Positions 48,286-49,123 of a stretch of 49,123 nucleotides of DNA are shown here, piece by piece. The stretch is from Nemertoderma westbladi. Its lineage: Eukaryota; Animalia; Xenacoelomorpha. Position 1 is the stretch's first letter, and the number at the start of each line of letters is the position of its first letter. Made by a program: the position numbers and the translations under genes. The notes beneath the pieces were generated by a model, which did no database searches, was not told where the DNA came from, and saw nothing but the letters and a program-made list of their open reading frames with translations. The DNA lies in contig JAUCBJ010004803.1 of assembly GCA_032718475.1 (NCBI GenBank), forward strand, positions 1-49,123, in the 5' to 3' direction.

Positions 48286-49123
48286 AGGCAGTACTGCCAT
48301 GCCCCAGCACTACTGATGCGGTGGAGGCAGTAACGCCCTGTCCCCACACTACTGGTGGAGGGGAGGCAGTACTGTCCATGTCCACAGCCCTGACCCCACA
48401 CGGTGGAGGCCGTACTGCCCTGTCCCCAGCACTACTGGTGCATGGGTGGAGGCAGTACTGCCCTGTCTCCACACTACTGGTGGAGGCAGTACTGCCCTCC
48501 CCACACTACTGGTGGAGGCAGTACAGCCCTGTCCCCACACTACTGGTGGAGGCAGTAGGCCTACTGCCCTGTCCCCTCACTACTGGTGGAGGCAGTACTG
48601 CCCTGTCCCCACACTACTGGTGGTACTGTAGCAGTACTGCCCTGTCCCCACACTACTGGTGGTACTGTAGCAGTACTGCCCTGTCCCCACACTACTGGTA
48701 GAGGCAATTAATACTGCCATGTCCCCACACTACTGGTGGAGGCAGTACTGCCCGACTCCCCACACTACTGGTAGAGGCAATTAAAACTGCCCTGTCCCCA
48801 CACTACTGTTGCACTGGTGGAGGCAGTACTGCCCTGTCCCCACACCACTGGTGGTAGCAGTACTGCCCTGTCCCCACACTACTGGTGGAGGCAGTATCGC
48901 CCTGTCCCCACACTACTGGTGGAGGGGAGGCAGTACTGCCATGTATCCACACACCGGTGGAGGCAGTACAGCCCTGACCCCACACTAGGCCTACTGCCAT
49001 GCCCCAGCACTACTGGTGGGGTGGAGGCAGTAATGCCCTGTCCCCACACTACTGGTGAAGGCAGTACTGTCCTGTCCCCACACACCGGTGGAGGCAGTAA
49101 TGCCCTGTCCCCACACTACTGGT
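48286..49123. repeat. About 34-bp minisatellite (GGTGGAGGCAGTACTGCCCTGTCCCCACACTACT), runs off the window end
   Basis: Direct periodicity with a 12-bp palindrome GGCAGTACTGCC. Confidence 0.93.

Overview
AT-rich, repeat-dense eukaryotic DNA, probably from an invertebrate animal (spliceosomal introns, a fibrinogen-domain gene, BEL/Pao and RTE elements). Host genes: (1) a 4-exon LicD/fukutin-family nucleotidyltransferase gene (+, 11819-19414, about 243 aa, no membrane anchor) whose last codons and stop seed a 3.2-kb array of 40-bp repeats; (2) an intronless type II membrane fibrinogen-related (FReD) gene (-, 28710-29915) and a disrupted paralog (-, about 22590-24290). The rest is minisatellites (39, 50, 40, 20, 16 and 34 bp units), MITEs, decayed LINEs and a nested transposon stack (30480-48160). 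The innermost member of the stack is a very young BEL/Pao LTR element (33577-46128, 5-bp TSD, near-identical 1.19-kb LTRs). It encodes one long Gag-protease ORF with RT and integrase deleted in frame. It has no tRNA-type primer binding site; instead the 12 nt after the 5' LTR are the exact reverse complement of a 12-mer inside its own LTR, a candidate self-priming arrangement. All calls were made by eye without database searches.
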